64,000 bases of DNA from Actinomycetota bacterium (GTDB lineage: Bacteria; Actinomycetota; Geothermincolia; Geothermincolales; RBG-13-55-18), in assembly GCA_034188985.1 (NCBI GenBank), contig JAXHVT010000066.1:8064-72063 (forward strand). Direction: 5' to 3'. Shown one piece after another: positions 1-10,662 of this stretch. Both the position numbers and the translations under genes were made by a program. The notes under the pieces were generated by a model. That model was not told where the DNA came from and ran no database searches. It saw only the letters and a program-made list of their open reading frames with translations. The stretch's first letter is position 1. Every line of letters begins with the position of its first letter.

Positions 1-533
1 CAAGGAAGGCGGTTACGGAATGGATACGGATTTCCATCACCGCATCGCGGAAGTGGACCTGGACAAGGTGTGTATCGGCATGCGGGTAAAGGCGGTCTGG
101 GCGGAGAAGCGGCACGGCACCATTCACGACATACTCTACTTCAAGCCGGCCTGAACCCTCCCGACCGGCACCGTCCTTTAGCCAGTTTGAGGGGAAACGG
201 TAATGCCACCGTAAGAATCGGGATCGTCATATTAACCCTATTGACACCGGGAAGGCGATCGCTATAGAATAGGCGAGTGAGCGCTCACTTGTCAGGTGAT
301 GCGCCAGGTCATGGGGGGATCGGAGCTTGGATACACCAGTCTCCTCTCTTCAGGAAAAGAGATGCCGGTGCTTTCGTCGTTTTTCGATCTCCGGCAGGAG
401 GCGTGAGCGGTTGTGAAATGAACCACGCCGTCGCGAAACGTGGTCGCGTTATCCTTACGGCCTTTGCCGAAAGAGGAGACCGTCCCCCTGAGAGCGTTGA
501 TATTACGGGCGAATTGTATGCACGGGAGGTCTT

Positions 534-1103
534 ATGACTAAGGGAAACCGCCACGACGAGATAATCCTCTCCTCCATGGACGTCTTCGCCCGCACCAATT
601 ACGAGAAGGCTACCACCGCTCTCCTGGCCAAGGAGGCGGGCATCGCCGAGGGGACCCTCTATAAGTACTTCCCCAGCAAGAAGGAACTCTTCCTGGAGTG
701 TTTCCGCTTCATAGAAGGGCAGTTGATCGAGCGCTATGAGGCTATTTACAGGGAGAAAGAGGGCCGTCCACTGGAATCACTCAAGGGAGTTGCCCAGAGC
801 TACCTCGACTTCGTGAGGGAGAATCCCAGTATGAGGAAGTTCCTGGCCTTCGTGCTCAACAACAGCTTCGACAAGGACTTCATGCAGGAGCTTAAGGAAT
901 TCATGTATCTCAATATCAGGGCCACGGAGAGACTCCTCGAAGAAGCCATGGAAAAAAGGGAGCTGAAGCAGGTTGATCCACGCGTTACCGCTTGGTTCTT
1001 CGTAGGAGGATACTTCACCCTCATCCTGATGACGGAGATGGAGGACGAGGCCGTGCAGGATCCTGAGTTTCTGGACAAGTACATGAACTCGATCTACGAG
1101 TGA
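534..1103 (+). CDS. TetR/AcrR family transcriptional regulator
   Basis: N-terminal HTH typical of TetR (..LLAKEAGIAEGTLYKYFPSKKELF..); 189 aa; ends TGA. Confidence 0.8.
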   Translation: MTKGNRHDEIILSSMDVFARTNYEKATTALLAKEAGIAEGTLYKYFPSKKELFLECFRFIEGQLIERYEAIYREKEGRPLESLKGVAQSYLDFVRENPSMRKFLAFVLNNSFDKDFMQELKEFMYLNIRATERLLEEAMEKRELKQVDPRVTAWFFVGGYFTLILMTEMEDEAVQDPEFLDKYMNSIYE

Positions 1104-1221
1104 TGCCCGGTGTTTTACGGTCCTTGTTGAAGACCTGGGCGGTGAAGGTGCAATCGAGGCTTAGTCGTTCATAGGGGGATAAGACATAAGGCGCGTCGTT
1201 TTCATCGGTGGAGCGGGAGAC

Positions 1222-1749
1222 ATGGCACGGGTTGCCGAGGGCAAGCTACTGCAACTACACGAGGACTGCAGCCTGGTTCTGGCCGATATAGACCCGGGCA
1301 AGGCGGCGGAGGTGGCCGATGCTCTGGGGCATCCCGGCGTGGAGGACGGCCGAGTGGACATCTCCGAGGCGGTGGAACTGCTCATGGCCCTGGACGCCGG
1401 GGAGAACGTGAGGGCCGTGAAGCCCTATATCGCTATCCTGGGTGCCGTCATCTCTCAATTCGACGGGAGAGAGCTGGGACCGGGCGGCCTACGCCGCTTT
1501 CTCCGGGATATAGACGCCGAACCGCTGGGGGAGTCGGTGGGCGGCATCCTGGTGGCCGTTGAGGGTACGAAGGAGGACCGCAGGATAAGGATGCAGGCCG
1601 CTGAGTCCGACCGCCAGGGAGGGTCCGAGGGGGGCATGGATATGGACGAGGCCATGGGCACCCCCCACCGTTTTCGCCTCCCTGTTGCTGGACGGGAGTA
1701 TTGGAGAAAAAGGGGTGTTGGCCACCTAGGCCTGTGTGGACCCCGATGA
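1222..1749 (+). CDS. hypothetical protein, possible remnant. The in-frame upstream segment VVFIGGAGDMARV...VLADIDPGKAAEVADALG resembles an NAD(P)-binding Rossmann N-terminus but has no canonical start codon before it
   Basis: Frame analysis of 1183-1222 shows stops in all frames at about 1170-1185 and a GxGxxG-like strand without ATG/GTG/TTG; ORF is only 175 aa. Confidence 0.25.
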   Translation: MARVAEGKLLQLHEDCSLVLADIDPGKAAEVADALGHPGVEDGRVDISEAVELLMALDAGENVRAVKPYIAILGAVISQFDGRELGPGGLRRFLRDIDAEPLGESVGGILVAVEGTKEDRRIRMQAAESDRQGGSEGGMDMDEAMGTPHRFRLPVAGREYWRKRGVGHLGLCGPR

Positions 1750-2059
1750 ATTCGAGCGGCGCCTGGAGCAGGCCATGCCGGGATACGGCGACATGATGCG
1801 ATACGAGGAGCGGTTTATTTAGGCGGGGTATCCACCCGGAGGGCGCAGCCGGGTATGTGCTGGTGATGCGGTGCCCGTCGTTAAGAGAGTCGGCAATCGA
1901 GGTTTTGGTAGACGCTCGTTAATTGCATGATGCCGGATGGTACGTACCTTATAGCGAAGGCAGTTCGAGTATGCCCGTGATGCGCGGCCTCTCGGCTGTT
2001 AAGGGCTGGAGAAGGCTCAAGCATACGACGATGGAGGGCTCGATGAAAGAGGTGATGAT

Positions 2060-3778
2060 ATGACCCCGGAGGAGAGGAAGATGTACATGCGCCGGCTCTG
2101 GCTGGGATGGCGGCTTCTGCGCTCCTTGACCCTTTTCCTGATGGACGAGCACAGGCGCGGAACTCTCAAGGAGAACCTGCGCAGCATCAGGGAGGCGCGC
2201 TCCCTGTCGATGGCCAGGGACATGTCCCACGCCGAGCTGCTGGAGGAGAAAGCGGAAAAACTCTGCGACCGGCCCCTTCTCTACTTCAAGGACCAGGTTT
2301 TCAGCTATCGTGACATGAACCTCAACGCCAACCGCGTTGGCAACTTCCTGGCGGGGATGGGGGGCGGACCCGGCAGGGGCCTGGCTATCATCATGAGAAA
2401 CTCGCCCCGCTGGCTGGACGTATTCTTCGGCCTCGAGAAGATAGGCATGTATACCGTTCCGGTGAACATAGCCCTCAGGGCAGATCAGCTGGCTTACGTG
2501 ATCGACAACTCCGATGCGGAGTTCGTGGTTATAGACCACGACCTTCTGCCCATCTACCGGGCGGTGGAGGACAAGTTGGATAAGATACAACGAGTCATCG
2601 TCAATACCCGGGGAGCCCCGGACGATTTCGTTCTCCCCACGGGCGTCATGAGCCTTGACGACGCCTACGGACCCGGCTCCGACGCCTCTACGCCGGCGGT
2701 GGACTACGACCCCGGGGACCTGTGCGTGATAATGTATACATCCGGAACCACCGGCTTGCCCAAGGGAGTCGTGTACCGCTACGAGAACAGCAACGTCAAG
2801 GCCATATCCGTCGTAGGGCGCCTGCTGACCGGAAAGAAGGACGTGGCCTACACCTGCTACCCCCTCTTCCACGCCAACGCCCTGTTCCTCACCGTCACCC
2901 CCACCCTGCATTGCGAGGGAAGCATGGCCCTGGGGGAGAGGTTCAGCGCCAGCCGTTTCTGGGACGACATCCGACGTTACGGCGTGACCACCTTCAACGG
3001 CCTGGGGGCGGTGATGCCCATCCTCATGAAACAGCCGGAGCGGGCCGAGGATGCGGACAACGAGGTACGTTTCATTCTCTCCGCCGGCTGTCCCGCGGAT
3101 ATGTGGAGGGCCTTCGAAGACCGTTTCGGCCTCGAGATATTCGAGGGATACGGGGCGGTGGACGGAGGCGGGGTGTTGCTGGTCAATTTCGGCACCGCGC
3201 CGGTGGGGTCCATGGGCAAGCCCCTGGGCGCTAGGGTGAGAGTGATAGACGCCGGGGGCGGCGACGTCCCGGCCGGGACTCCCGGTGAACTCATAGCCTA
3301 CGTGGGAGAGCGCAAGGGATCCGTGGAATACTACAAGAACCCCGAGGCCACCAGCGACAAGATGCGCGATGGTTGGCTGTATACCGGAGACCTGGTCTAT
3401 ACGGATGAAATGGGATACATATATTTCGTGGGCCGCAACACCGAGTCCATGCGGGTCAAGGGCGAGAACGTATCGGCCTACGAGGTGGAGCAGGCCGTGC
3501 TGCAGCATTCCGATATCCTGGAGTGCGCGGTGTTCGCGGTTCCCTCGGAGCTGGCCGAGGACGACATCATGGTCACCCTGGTCCCGGTGGAGGGAAAAGA
3601 AGTGGACCCCTCCACCCTGCCCGCGTTCCTCTCCGATAAGCTGGCGAAGTTCGCTATCCCCCGCTACTTTCGGGTTATGGAGGAACTCCCCAAGACGGAG
3701 ACCCACCGGGTCATCAAGAGTGAGTTGGAGAAGGCGGGAGTAGCGCCGGATGCCTACGACGCGGAAAGGAAGGAGTGA
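2060..3778 (+). CDS. AMP-dependent acyl-CoA synthetase/ligase (FadD-like); true start probably internal (M at 2210 or 2222)
   Basis: AMP-binding motif YTSGTTGLPKGV, C-terminal lid domain; 572 aa ORF. Confidence 0.85.
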   Translation: MTPEERKMYMRRLWLGWRLLRSLTLFLMDEHRRGTLKENLRSIREARSLSMARDMSHAELLEEKAEKLCDRPLLYFKDQVFSYRDMNLNANRVGNFLAGMGGGPGRGLAIIMRNSPRWLDVFFGLEKIGMYTVPVNIALRADQLAYVIDNSDAEFVVIDHDLLPIYRAVEDKLDKIQRVIVNTRGAPDDFVLPTGVMSLDDAYGPGSDASTPAVDYDPGDLCVIMYTSGTTGLPKGVVYRYENSNVKAISVVGRLLTGKKDVAYTCYPLFHANALFLTVTPTLHCEGSMALGERFSASRFWDDIRRYGVTTFNGLGAVMPILMKQPERAEDADNEVRFILSAGCPADMWRAFEDRFGLEIFEGYGAVDGGGVLLVNFGTAPVGSMGKPLGARVRVIDAGGGDVPAGTPGELIAYVGERKGSVEYYKNPEATSDKMRDGWLYTGDLVYTDEMGYIYFVGRNTESMRVKGENVSAYEVEQAVLQHSDILECAVFAVPSELAEDDIMVTLVPVEGKEVDPSTLPAFLSDKLAKFAIPRYFRVMEELPKTETHRVIKSELEKAGVAPDAYDAERKE

Positions 3779-3782
3779 ACGC

Positions 3783-5030
3783 ATGAGCGAAAACGTTTAC
3801 ATAATCGGAGCGGGCATGATCCGTTTCAACAGGTACCCGGACTTAAGCATCAAGCAGATGACCGCCGAGGCCATGCAGGCCCTGTTCGAGGACATCGCGG
3901 TGGATAGGAAGGATATCCAGGCGGCATGGTTCTCCAACTCCGGCTGGGGCATGAGCCAGGGGCAGCACTGTATCCGGGGGCAGGTGGCGCTGTCGCCCCT
4001 GGGTATACAGGGCATACCCATCACCAACGTGGAGAACGCCTGCGCCGGGGGCTCCAATGCCCTCAGGGGAGCCTGGATGAGCGTCAAGGCCGGCCTCTAC
4101 GACCTGGTTCTCGCCGTGGGGGTGGAGAAGGTATATTTCCCCGAGGACCGCAAGAAGATGATGGAGGGGTTCGCCGCGGGGGCGGACGTCGAGTTCGTGC
4201 ATAACATAATAGAGGCCTTTCAAGCCGACGCCGCCAGGGAGGCCGCCGAGGAGGGAACGGAGGGCGAGGAGAAGAAGGGCGGCGACCACACCGCCTTCAT
4301 GGATATATACGCCATGGGTGCCCGCATGCACATGAAGACCTACGGGACCACTCAGAGGCAACTGGCGACCATCGCCGCCAAGAACCATCACAACGGTTCC
4401 ATGAATCCCATGGCCCAGTACCAGATGGACATGAGCGTGGAGGATGTAATCGACGACTACCAGGTGGCCTATCCTCTTACCCGCGCCATGTGCGCGCCCA
4501 TCGGGGACGGGGCCGCGGCGGCCATCGTCTGCTCGGAGCGGGCGTTGAAGAGGTTCCCGGAAGCCAGGCCGGTACGTATCCTGGCCTCCACCCTGGCCTC
4601 CGGCTCCATGCCGGACAGCGGCCTGGAGACAATCGGCAGGCGGCTGGGTGAGGAGGCTTTCGAGATGGCCGGCCTGGGACCGGAGGATCTGGACGTGGCC
4701 GAAGTCCACGACGCCACCGCCTTCGGGGAGCTCATGCAGACCGAGGAGCTGGGTTTCTGTCCACGGGGCGAGGGAGGCCCTTTCGCCGAGTCCGGGGCCA
4801 CCTCCCTGGGTGGCAGGATACCCGTGAACACCAGCGGGGGCCTGGAGTGCCGCGGACACCCCATCGGGGCCTCGGGCCTGGCCATGGTCTACGAGGTAGT
4901 GACCCAGTTGCGCGGGGAGGCCGGACCCAGGCAGGTGGAGGGCGCGCGTACGGGCCTGGTCGAGAACGGCGGGGGTTTCATCGGTATGGGCGAGGCGGCC
5001 ATGTGCGTTCACATATTGCAGCGTATCTAG
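3783..5030 (+). CDS. thiolase-like protein, SCP-x/nsLTP-type (propanoyl-CoA C-acyltransferase family)
   Basis: N-term VYIIGAGMIRF, CAGGSNAL, C-term GLVENGGGFIG motifs typical of SCP-x thiolases; RBS GGAAAGGAAGGAG before ATG 3783; ends TAG. Confidence 0.8.
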   Translation: MSENVYIIGAGMIRFNRYPDLSIKQMTAEAMQALFEDIAVDRKDIQAAWFSNSGWGMSQGQHCIRGQVALSPLGIQGIPITNVENACAGGSNALRGAWMSVKAGLYDLVLAVGVEKVYFPEDRKKMMEGFAAGADVEFVHNIIEAFQADAAREAAEEGTEGEEKKGGDHTAFMDIYAMGARMHMKTYGTTQRQLATIAAKNHHNGSMNPMAQYQMDMSVEDVIDDYQVAYPLTRAMCAPIGDGAAAAIVCSERALKRFPEARPVRILASTLASGSMPDSGLETIGRRLGEEAFEMAGLGPEDLDVAEVHDATAFGELMQTEELGFCPRGEGGPFAESGATSLGGRIPVNTSGGLECRGHPIGASGLAMVYEVVTQLRGEAGPRQVEGARTGLVENGGGFIGMGEAAMCVHILQRI

Positions 5031-5035
5031 CTGAC

Positions 5036-5195
5036 GCATGCGATCGGGCGACGATCTGTGTAAGAGCGACTGTACGAAAGATGATACAGGGAAACCAGTC
5101 GCCTGGAAGGAGACGGAGCGAGCCGCAGGCGAGCGTAGCGAGGTCCAGGCCTGGCACGCATGCGATCGGACGATGATCTGTGTAAGAGCGACTGT
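5036..5195. repeat. two direct copies of a 38-bp element (GCATGCGATCGGnCGAyGATCTGTGTAAGAGCGACTGT) at 5036-5073 and 5158-5195
   Basis: Read directly: near-identical 38-mers 122 bp apart in the thiolase/ACAD intergenic region. Confidence 0.7.
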
Positions 5196-5296
5196 GACGA
5201 CCGGAGGGAGGGCGCCGCGAGGATGAAAAGCACAAGGAGGCAAAAGAGGGTCGCGAGACCGTAATCATAGCGATGTAGAGATCGGGGGTAGATGGG

Positions 5297-6433
5297 ATGA
5301 AATCGACGGTCAGCGAAGAACTGAAGATGCTGGACGAGATGGCCAGGGACTTCGCCGTGAAGGAACTGGTGGACGATCGGGAGGAGAACGACAGGTTTCC
5401 CTTCGGGCCGCTCTTCGACCACGTGCTGGTCAAGGCCCAGGAGGTCGGTTTCTACGGCGTGCTTCTGCCGGAGGAGATGGGCGGTTCCGCCGAGCCGGTC
5501 TCCGCTCTCTGCCTGGTGCTGGAAGAGGTGTGCCGGGCTGATGCCAGCCTGGGCGGGACGGTGTTCACCAACGCCCTGGCCCAGGAGATAGTATCGCTGG
5601 CCGGGGGCGAAAACCTGCTCGGGGAGATCGTCTCCGGGGACGGTTCCTTCAAGGAGACCCTGCTGGCCTTCCCCTCCTTCAACAACCCGGGGGAGGTGGA
5701 GAACGCCGCCAGGGCGGCGGACAAGGACGGCGGATACCAGCTCTCGGGAACGGTGGAATACGTGGTGCTGGGCGGCCTGGCCTCCCGAGCACTCCTGCCC
5801 GCCCGCGTGGAGGGCGTGGAGGGTTACTCCTTCTTCCTGGTGGACCTGGGAGAGGCGGGGATCGAGGTATCGGAACCCGTGCTCAGCCTGGGCATGCACG
5901 CCTGCCCCGCCGTCGACATGACCCTGGAGGTTGTTCCAGGCCGGTTGCTGGGGAAGGAAGGCGAAGGAGATCGCTGCTTCGAGGGGGCGGTGGACCGACT
6001 CTCGGTGGCCGCCGCGGCCATGGCCGCCGGGGTGATGAAAGGATCATTCCTGGATGCCCTGGAGTACGGCAAGCAGAGGGAGCAGGGTGGAAGGCATATA
6101 GTGGATTGGTCGGGATTGAGGATGGTCCTGGCGGAGATGGTTATCAAGGCCAAGGTGGCCGATATGCTGGTGGAAAAAGCCGCGTACGCCGTGGACCACG
6201 AGGAGCCGGGCTGGAAGCTGGCGTCGCGCTCCGCCGCCATTCAGGTGCAGGAGTTGGCCGTGGACGTGACCACGGACGGCATTCAGGCTTTGGGCGGCTA
6301 CGGCTACATGAAGGACTACGGCCAGGAGAAACGTTTCCGCGACGCCAAACAGGTACAGTCGCTCATGGGTATAACGCCGCTGCGTCGGCTCAAGTTTATC
6401 GAGCGCGTCATTGGCGGGGAAATACCCTGGTGA
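5297..6433 (+). CDS. acyl-CoA dehydrogenase family protein
   Basis: ACAD-like N-, middle and C-terminal domains; C-terminal GGYGYMKDYGQEKRFRDAK motif. Confidence 0.8.
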   Translation: MKSTVSEELKMLDEMARDFAVKELVDDREENDRFPFGPLFDHVLVKAQEVGFYGVLLPEEMGGSAEPVSALCLVLEEVCRADASLGGTVFTNALAQEIVSLAGGENLLGEIVSGDGSFKETLLAFPSFNNPGEVENAARAADKDGGYQLSGTVEYVVLGGLASRALLPARVEGVEGYSFFLVDLGEAGIEVSEPVLSLGMHACPAVDMTLEVVPGRLLGKEGEGDRCFEGAVDRLSVAAAAMAAGVMKGSFLDALEYGKQREQGGRHIVDWSGLRMVLAEMVIKAKVADMLVEKAAYAVDHEEPGWKLASRSAAIQVQELAVDVTTDGIQALGGYGYMKDYGQEKRFRDAKQVQSLMGITPLRRLKFIERVIGGEIPW

Positions 6434-6449
6434 GGATAAGGGGGAAAAC

Positions 6450-7952
6450 ATGTTCGAAGGAGTAAATACGTCGACCCTGTTGGAGAAGCATCCCAGGCTT
6501 GAGGACGTGATGTGCAGCCTGGATACGGTAGGCAAGATGCCCAGGGGTATAAGCGATGAACTTCGGCAGGCCGTGGCCCTGGCCCGCCGCTTCAACGAGA
6601 CGGTGGCGCGCCCCTACGCCCTGGAGCTGGACCGCAAGATGCAGGAGGACCCCACCTATCTTCCCTGGGACCTGGTGGAGGAGATAAACCGCTGGGGTTT
6701 CTATACCGGCTGGATACCCAAGATCTTCGGCGGCAAGGGTTGGAACCTGGGAACCCTGATAGCCGTCGTGGAGGAACTGTGTTCCGAGTGCGCCGGCATA
6801 GGCAACCTCATGGGGGTGCAGTACTTCGGCATCTCCATCCTCTTCGCGGGCTGGAACGTGCGCATCATCGACAAAGTCTGCCGCGAGGTGGTGGAGGGAG
6901 AGCGTACCGGCAAGCCCTGCCTGGTCGCGGGCCTGGTCACCGAGCCGGGGGCGGGAACCGACGCGGAGGAGGTGGAGCTGCTCTCCAGGGCACAGGTGAA
7001 GTGCCAAGCCCGCAAGGTGGAGGGGGGATACGTGGTCAAAGGCACCAAGGTCTTCATCTCCAACGGCCATGTCTCCACCTGGCACATGCTCCTGGCCTAC
7101 GAGGATCTGGAACGCCCCGAGGAGACCATGATGTGCCTGGCGGTCAAGAACGGCACAAAGGGCTTTTCTTTCGGCAGGATGGAGAAGAAGATGGGCCAGA
7201 AAGGCTGCCCGGCCAGCGAGATGGTCTTCGAGGACTGCTTTATCCCGGACGAGAACGTCTGCATCAACTCGGAGCAGATAAAGAAATTGAAGCATTCCGC
7301 CAAGGAGACGGGGCAGCAGGTTATCGACTTCGTGGTCTCCCTCACCCGCCCCGGCGTGGGGGCCATGGGGGCCGGAGTGGCGCGGGGCGCCTTCCAGGAG
7401 GCCCTGGCCTTCGCGCGCGAGACCGAGGTGGACGGGAAGCCGCTCGTCAACCACGAATGGGCGCAGTGCCTTCTGGCGGAGATGTACGCCAACGCCGCCC
7501 TCGCCCGGCTGACCTACATGGAATGCAACCATGTAACCGGCCTCTACGGCATGGCATGGATGCTGAACTTAAAACCGCTTTATTACTATATGAAGATCAT
7601 GCCCACCTCGGTTATGGACCGCATTTTTCCCGCAATCAACAAGCTGGACGCCACCATGAATATATTCCGCAGGATCATCATGGACTGGCAGAAGGACGAG
7701 GACGCCAAACGGGCTTCGGGCTGGGCCTCCCTCTCCAAGTTCGCGGCGACCGACTTGGGGATCAGGAACTGCCACCTGGCCGTGGAGCTGATGGGGCAGG
7801 CGGGCATAAGGCATGAGAATAGAGTAGAAAAGTTCCTCAGGGATTCCAAGCTGCTGCAGATCTACGAGGGCACCAACCAGCTCAACCGCCTCAATCTCTT
7901 CAAGTGCATGGTAGCCCCAGGCGCCCCCGAGGCCCGGGTATTCGAGGAATAG
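6450..7952 (+). CDS. acyl-CoA dehydrogenase family protein (long form)
   Basis: ACAD motifs (..VFISNGHVS.., ..IYEGTNQLNRL..); RBS AAGGGGG before ATG 6450; ends TAG. Confidence 0.8.
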   Translation: MFEGVNTSTLLEKHPRLEDVMCSLDTVGKMPRGISDELRQAVALARRFNETVARPYALELDRKMQEDPTYLPWDLVEEINRWGFYTGWIPKIFGGKGWNLGTLIAVVEELCSECAGIGNLMGVQYFGISILFAGWNVRIIDKVCREVVEGERTGKPCLVAGLVTEPGAGTDAEEVELLSRAQVKCQARKVEGGYVVKGTKVFISNGHVSTWHMLLAYEDLERPEETMMCLAVKNGTKGFSFGRMEKKMGQKGCPASEMVFEDCFIPDENVCINSEQIKKLKHSAKETGQQVIDFVVSLTRPGVGAMGAGVARGAFQEALAFARETEVDGKPLVNHEWAQCLLAEMYANAALARLTYMECNHVTGLYGMAWMLNLKPLYYYMKIMPTSVMDRIFPAINKLDATMNIFRRIIMDWQKDEDAKRASGWASLSKFAATDLGIRNCHLAVELMGQAGIRHENRVEKFLRDSKLLQIYEGTNQLNRLNLFKCMVAPGAPEARVFEE

Positions 7953-7965
7953 GAAAGGAGGAGAA

Positions 7966-8727
7966 ATGACCGAGATACTGGACGTCGAGGAAAAGGCCCC
8001 GGCCAAGGCGTCGGAGTTCGCCGATATGTACATCTGGCACGAGGGCATGGACTGGAACCCAGTGGAGAAGGTGATCCTGGAGCGCCGTAGCGTGCGAAGG
8101 TACAAGGACAAGCAGGTCCCGGAGGCGCAGGTGCGCCGCATACTGGAGGCGGGGAGATTCGCTCCCACGGCGGGCAACTCCCAGTCCTGGAAATTCGTGG
8201 TGGTGCGTGACCGCGATATGATCGATGATATGCAGAGGTACGTTCAGCTGCGCTGCAAGATGTTCAAGTTCTTTCTCAATTGGCAGGTGAGCCCCCTGGG
8301 TAAGATCGCCTGGTTCTATCATCAGGCTGCCGCCCGGCTGATGCCCAACCTCATGCACCCCATCCCCTTCGGTGCCATCACCCTGATAGCCGATGGCAAG
8401 CTCAAGCTCTTCCACGACGCCCCCACCGTCATACTCATCCTCATGGACACGCGAGGAGCGGCCAAGCCCCCTGTGGATATAGGCATCTGCGGCCAGAACA
8501 TGGTGCTCGCCGCCCACAGCATGGGTCTGGGGACCTGCTGGGTGGGATTCGTGGAGGTCTTCAAGTTCGGGACCAAGTGGAACAAGAAGCTGGGCGTCGA
8601 ATGGCCCTACAGGCTGGTGGAGGGCGTCGCCCTCGGTTATCCGGTGGGCAATCCGGATGGCATGATCGAGCGCGAGCTGCAGGAGATCGACTGGTGGGAA
8701 GACGGCCGCAAGAGAACGGTATTCTAG
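7966..8727 (+). CDS. nitroreductase family protein
   Basis: RRSVRRY...AGRFAPTAGNSQSWKFVVV nitroreductase signature; ends TAG. Confidence 0.75.
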   Translation: MTEILDVEEKAPAKASEFADMYIWHEGMDWNPVEKVILERRSVRRYKDKQVPEAQVRRILEAGRFAPTAGNSQSWKFVVVRDRDMIDDMQRYVQLRCKMFKFFLNWQVSPLGKIAWFYHQAAARLMPNLMHPIPFGAITLIADGKLKLFHDAPTVILILMDTRGAAKPPVDIGICGQNMVLAAHSMGLGTCWVGFVEVFKFGTKWNKKLGVEWPYRLVEGVALGYPVGNPDGMIERELQEIDWWEDGRKRTVF

Positions 8728-8746
8728 AGGGAATGGGAGGTAGACA

Positions 8747-9079
8747 ATGGCTTATCTCACCTGGAAAGAGAGGACGACCATACCCACCTTCGACAATCCT
8801 GAACACGGGACATCGGGCCGCGTGGTTATAGACCACGACAAGTGCAACGGCTGCGGCAACTGCGCCATGATATGCCCAGGCAACTGCCTTTACGTGGCCG
8901 GGGTGGGCAAGGACAAGAAGGCCTACATGATAGACGCGGTCGTTCCCGACTGCATGTCCTGCAACGACTGCCAGGCCATGTGCCCCAGGGACGCCATCGA
9001 GGTGTGTTTGATCTACGACTTCGGGTATTTCTACAAGGTATTGCACCGGGGCAACCTGGCCTATCCCAGGAACTTCTGA
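8747..9079 (+). CDS. 4Fe-4S dicluster ferredoxin-like protein
   Basis: Two CxxCxxC(x3)CP motifs (CNGCGNCAMICP; CMSCNDCQAMCP). Confidence 0.75.
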   Translation: MAYLTWKERTTIPTFDNPEHGTSGRVVIDHDKCNGCGNCAMICPGNCLYVAGVGKDKKAYMIDAVVPDCMSCNDCQAMCPRDAIEVCLIYDFGYFYKVLHRGNLAYPRNF

Positions 9080-9317
9080 GACCGGATCAGCGTGGAAGCC
9101 GCCTGTACGGGAAGTCGGCGATGTGAGGGGGCGGCTTTCCGCCGCTTCCATGTCCGGAGTCCGACGCTTGGGAGCCGGACCGGGATTCGAGCGCGAGCGG
9201 GCCAATAGCGCCGTGATCCGGCTGGCCCGGACACGATAATCGTAATCGCGGGAGTCCGATTCCAGCCTTGATCCGGGCTAACCCAGAGACTCGAGACGGC
9301 ATGACTGAGAGGGAGAG

Positions 9318-10662
9318 ATGGAGATGGAAGAGGAACGCCCCTACTGGAACATGGACATGGAGTCCAGGCTCAACACCCCGGAGATGCGGGATATCCAGCT
9401 GGAGAAACTGAAGGTACTGCTCAAGAGGCTCTACGACAACGCGCCCTTCTACACGCGGCAGTTCGACGCGGCGGGGCTCAAGCCGGAGAAGGTGAAAAGC
9501 TTCGAGGACTTCTCGGCAGCGGTGCCCCTCCTCGACAAGTACGACCTGAGGGACATGGTGGCCGAGTTCGGGGGAGATATCCTCAGGTCATCGACCAGAT
9601 CATCCCGGTGGGCGTCGACGACCTGAACATCATGGCCACCACCACCGGCACGCCCACTCCCTATCCCATGACCACCCACGACATGGAGGACGTATGGGGG
9701 GAGGCCATGGTCAGGGACATGTGGCGGGCCGGGGTACGCTCCCGCGACCACATCCTCTTCTGCTTCGCCCTGTCCATGGTCATCGCCGGCATTCCCGCCA
9801 TGATGGGCTGCCAACGCCTGGGGGCCATGGCCATACCGGTGGGGGCGGAGGTGGGCACCGACCGCATCCTGCTCATGCAGACCCTCTTCCGGGGCACCGT
9901 GTATTCCGGTACGCAGTCGCTGGCCGAGTACCTCATAGAGAAGTGCAAGGAGCAGGAAGAGATCCCGGGGACCTGAGCCTGCGCATCATGACCTGCGGCG
10001 GGGAGCCGGAGGCAGGCATCCCCGAGGTCAGAGAGAGGCTGGAGTCCGCCTACGGGACCCGCGTCTTCGACGCCGGGACCGGCTTCGGCTTCTCCTGCGA
10101 TTACCCCGAGTACCGGGGCATGCACTGGACCGCCGACGACCTGGCCTACTACGAGCTGGTGGACCCGGACACCAGGGAGCCGGTGCCCCTTGAGGACGGC
10201 GCGCAGGGGGAGGCCCTGTTCACCATGCTGGAGGGCGACGGCATGGCCTGGCTGCGCACCAGCCTTGGCGACGTCCACCAGGTGTTCACCTACCCCTGCC
10301 CATGCGGCAAGCCGGCTTCCGCTACCGCATCGTGGGGCGCACCGACGACATGCTCAAGGTCAAGGGGGTCATCGTCTACCCCACCCAGGTGGAGGGGGTG
10401 GTGTCATCGTTCGTGCCCGAGGTTACCGGGGAGTGGCGCATCGTGCTCACCGAGAAGCCGCCACGGGTGGTCCCGCCCCTCAAGGTGAAGATAGAGAGGG
10501 GGGGAGTACCCGGCGGAGAGGCTGCCCGAGCTGGAGGGAAAGATAAAAGACGCCTTCCATACCAGGGCCAAGTTCAGGCCGGAGATCATCTGGGCCGAGC
10601 CCGGCGAGCTGGAGCGCTCCACCTACAAGGGCCAGGCTTTCGAGAGGCTGTACGGGGAATGA
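9318..10662 (+). pseudogene. phenylacetate-CoA ligase (PaaK)/coenzyme F390 synthetase family gene disrupted by at least 3-4 frameshifts
   Basis: PaaK-like segments lie in frame 0 (9318-9626), frame 2 (9608-9976), frame 1 (about 9980-10310), frame 0 (10302-10500) and frame 1 (10501-10662, ...AEPGELERSTYKGQAFERLYGE*). Shifts coincide with runs cccgggg (9970s) and ggggggg (about 10495). Confidence 0.75.

Noticed and set aside
1949-3784. 611-aa ORF on the minus strand
   Set aside because: Antisense to a well-supported acyl-CoA synthetase gene. Composition is Gly/Arg/His/Pro-rich with no domain signal, the typical GC-rich shadow ORF. The same reasoning rejects 3843-5243(-), 5027-5899(-), 6408-7532(-), 10586-12034(-), 12374-14287(-), 13662-14723(-), 21747-22868(-), 18891-20417(+), 46738-47742(-) and similar.
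5038-5226. 62-aa ORF spanning both 38-bp direct repeats
   Set aside because: Its apparent internal protein repeat simply mirrors the DNA repeats. There is no RBS, and it lies in the intergenic spacer.
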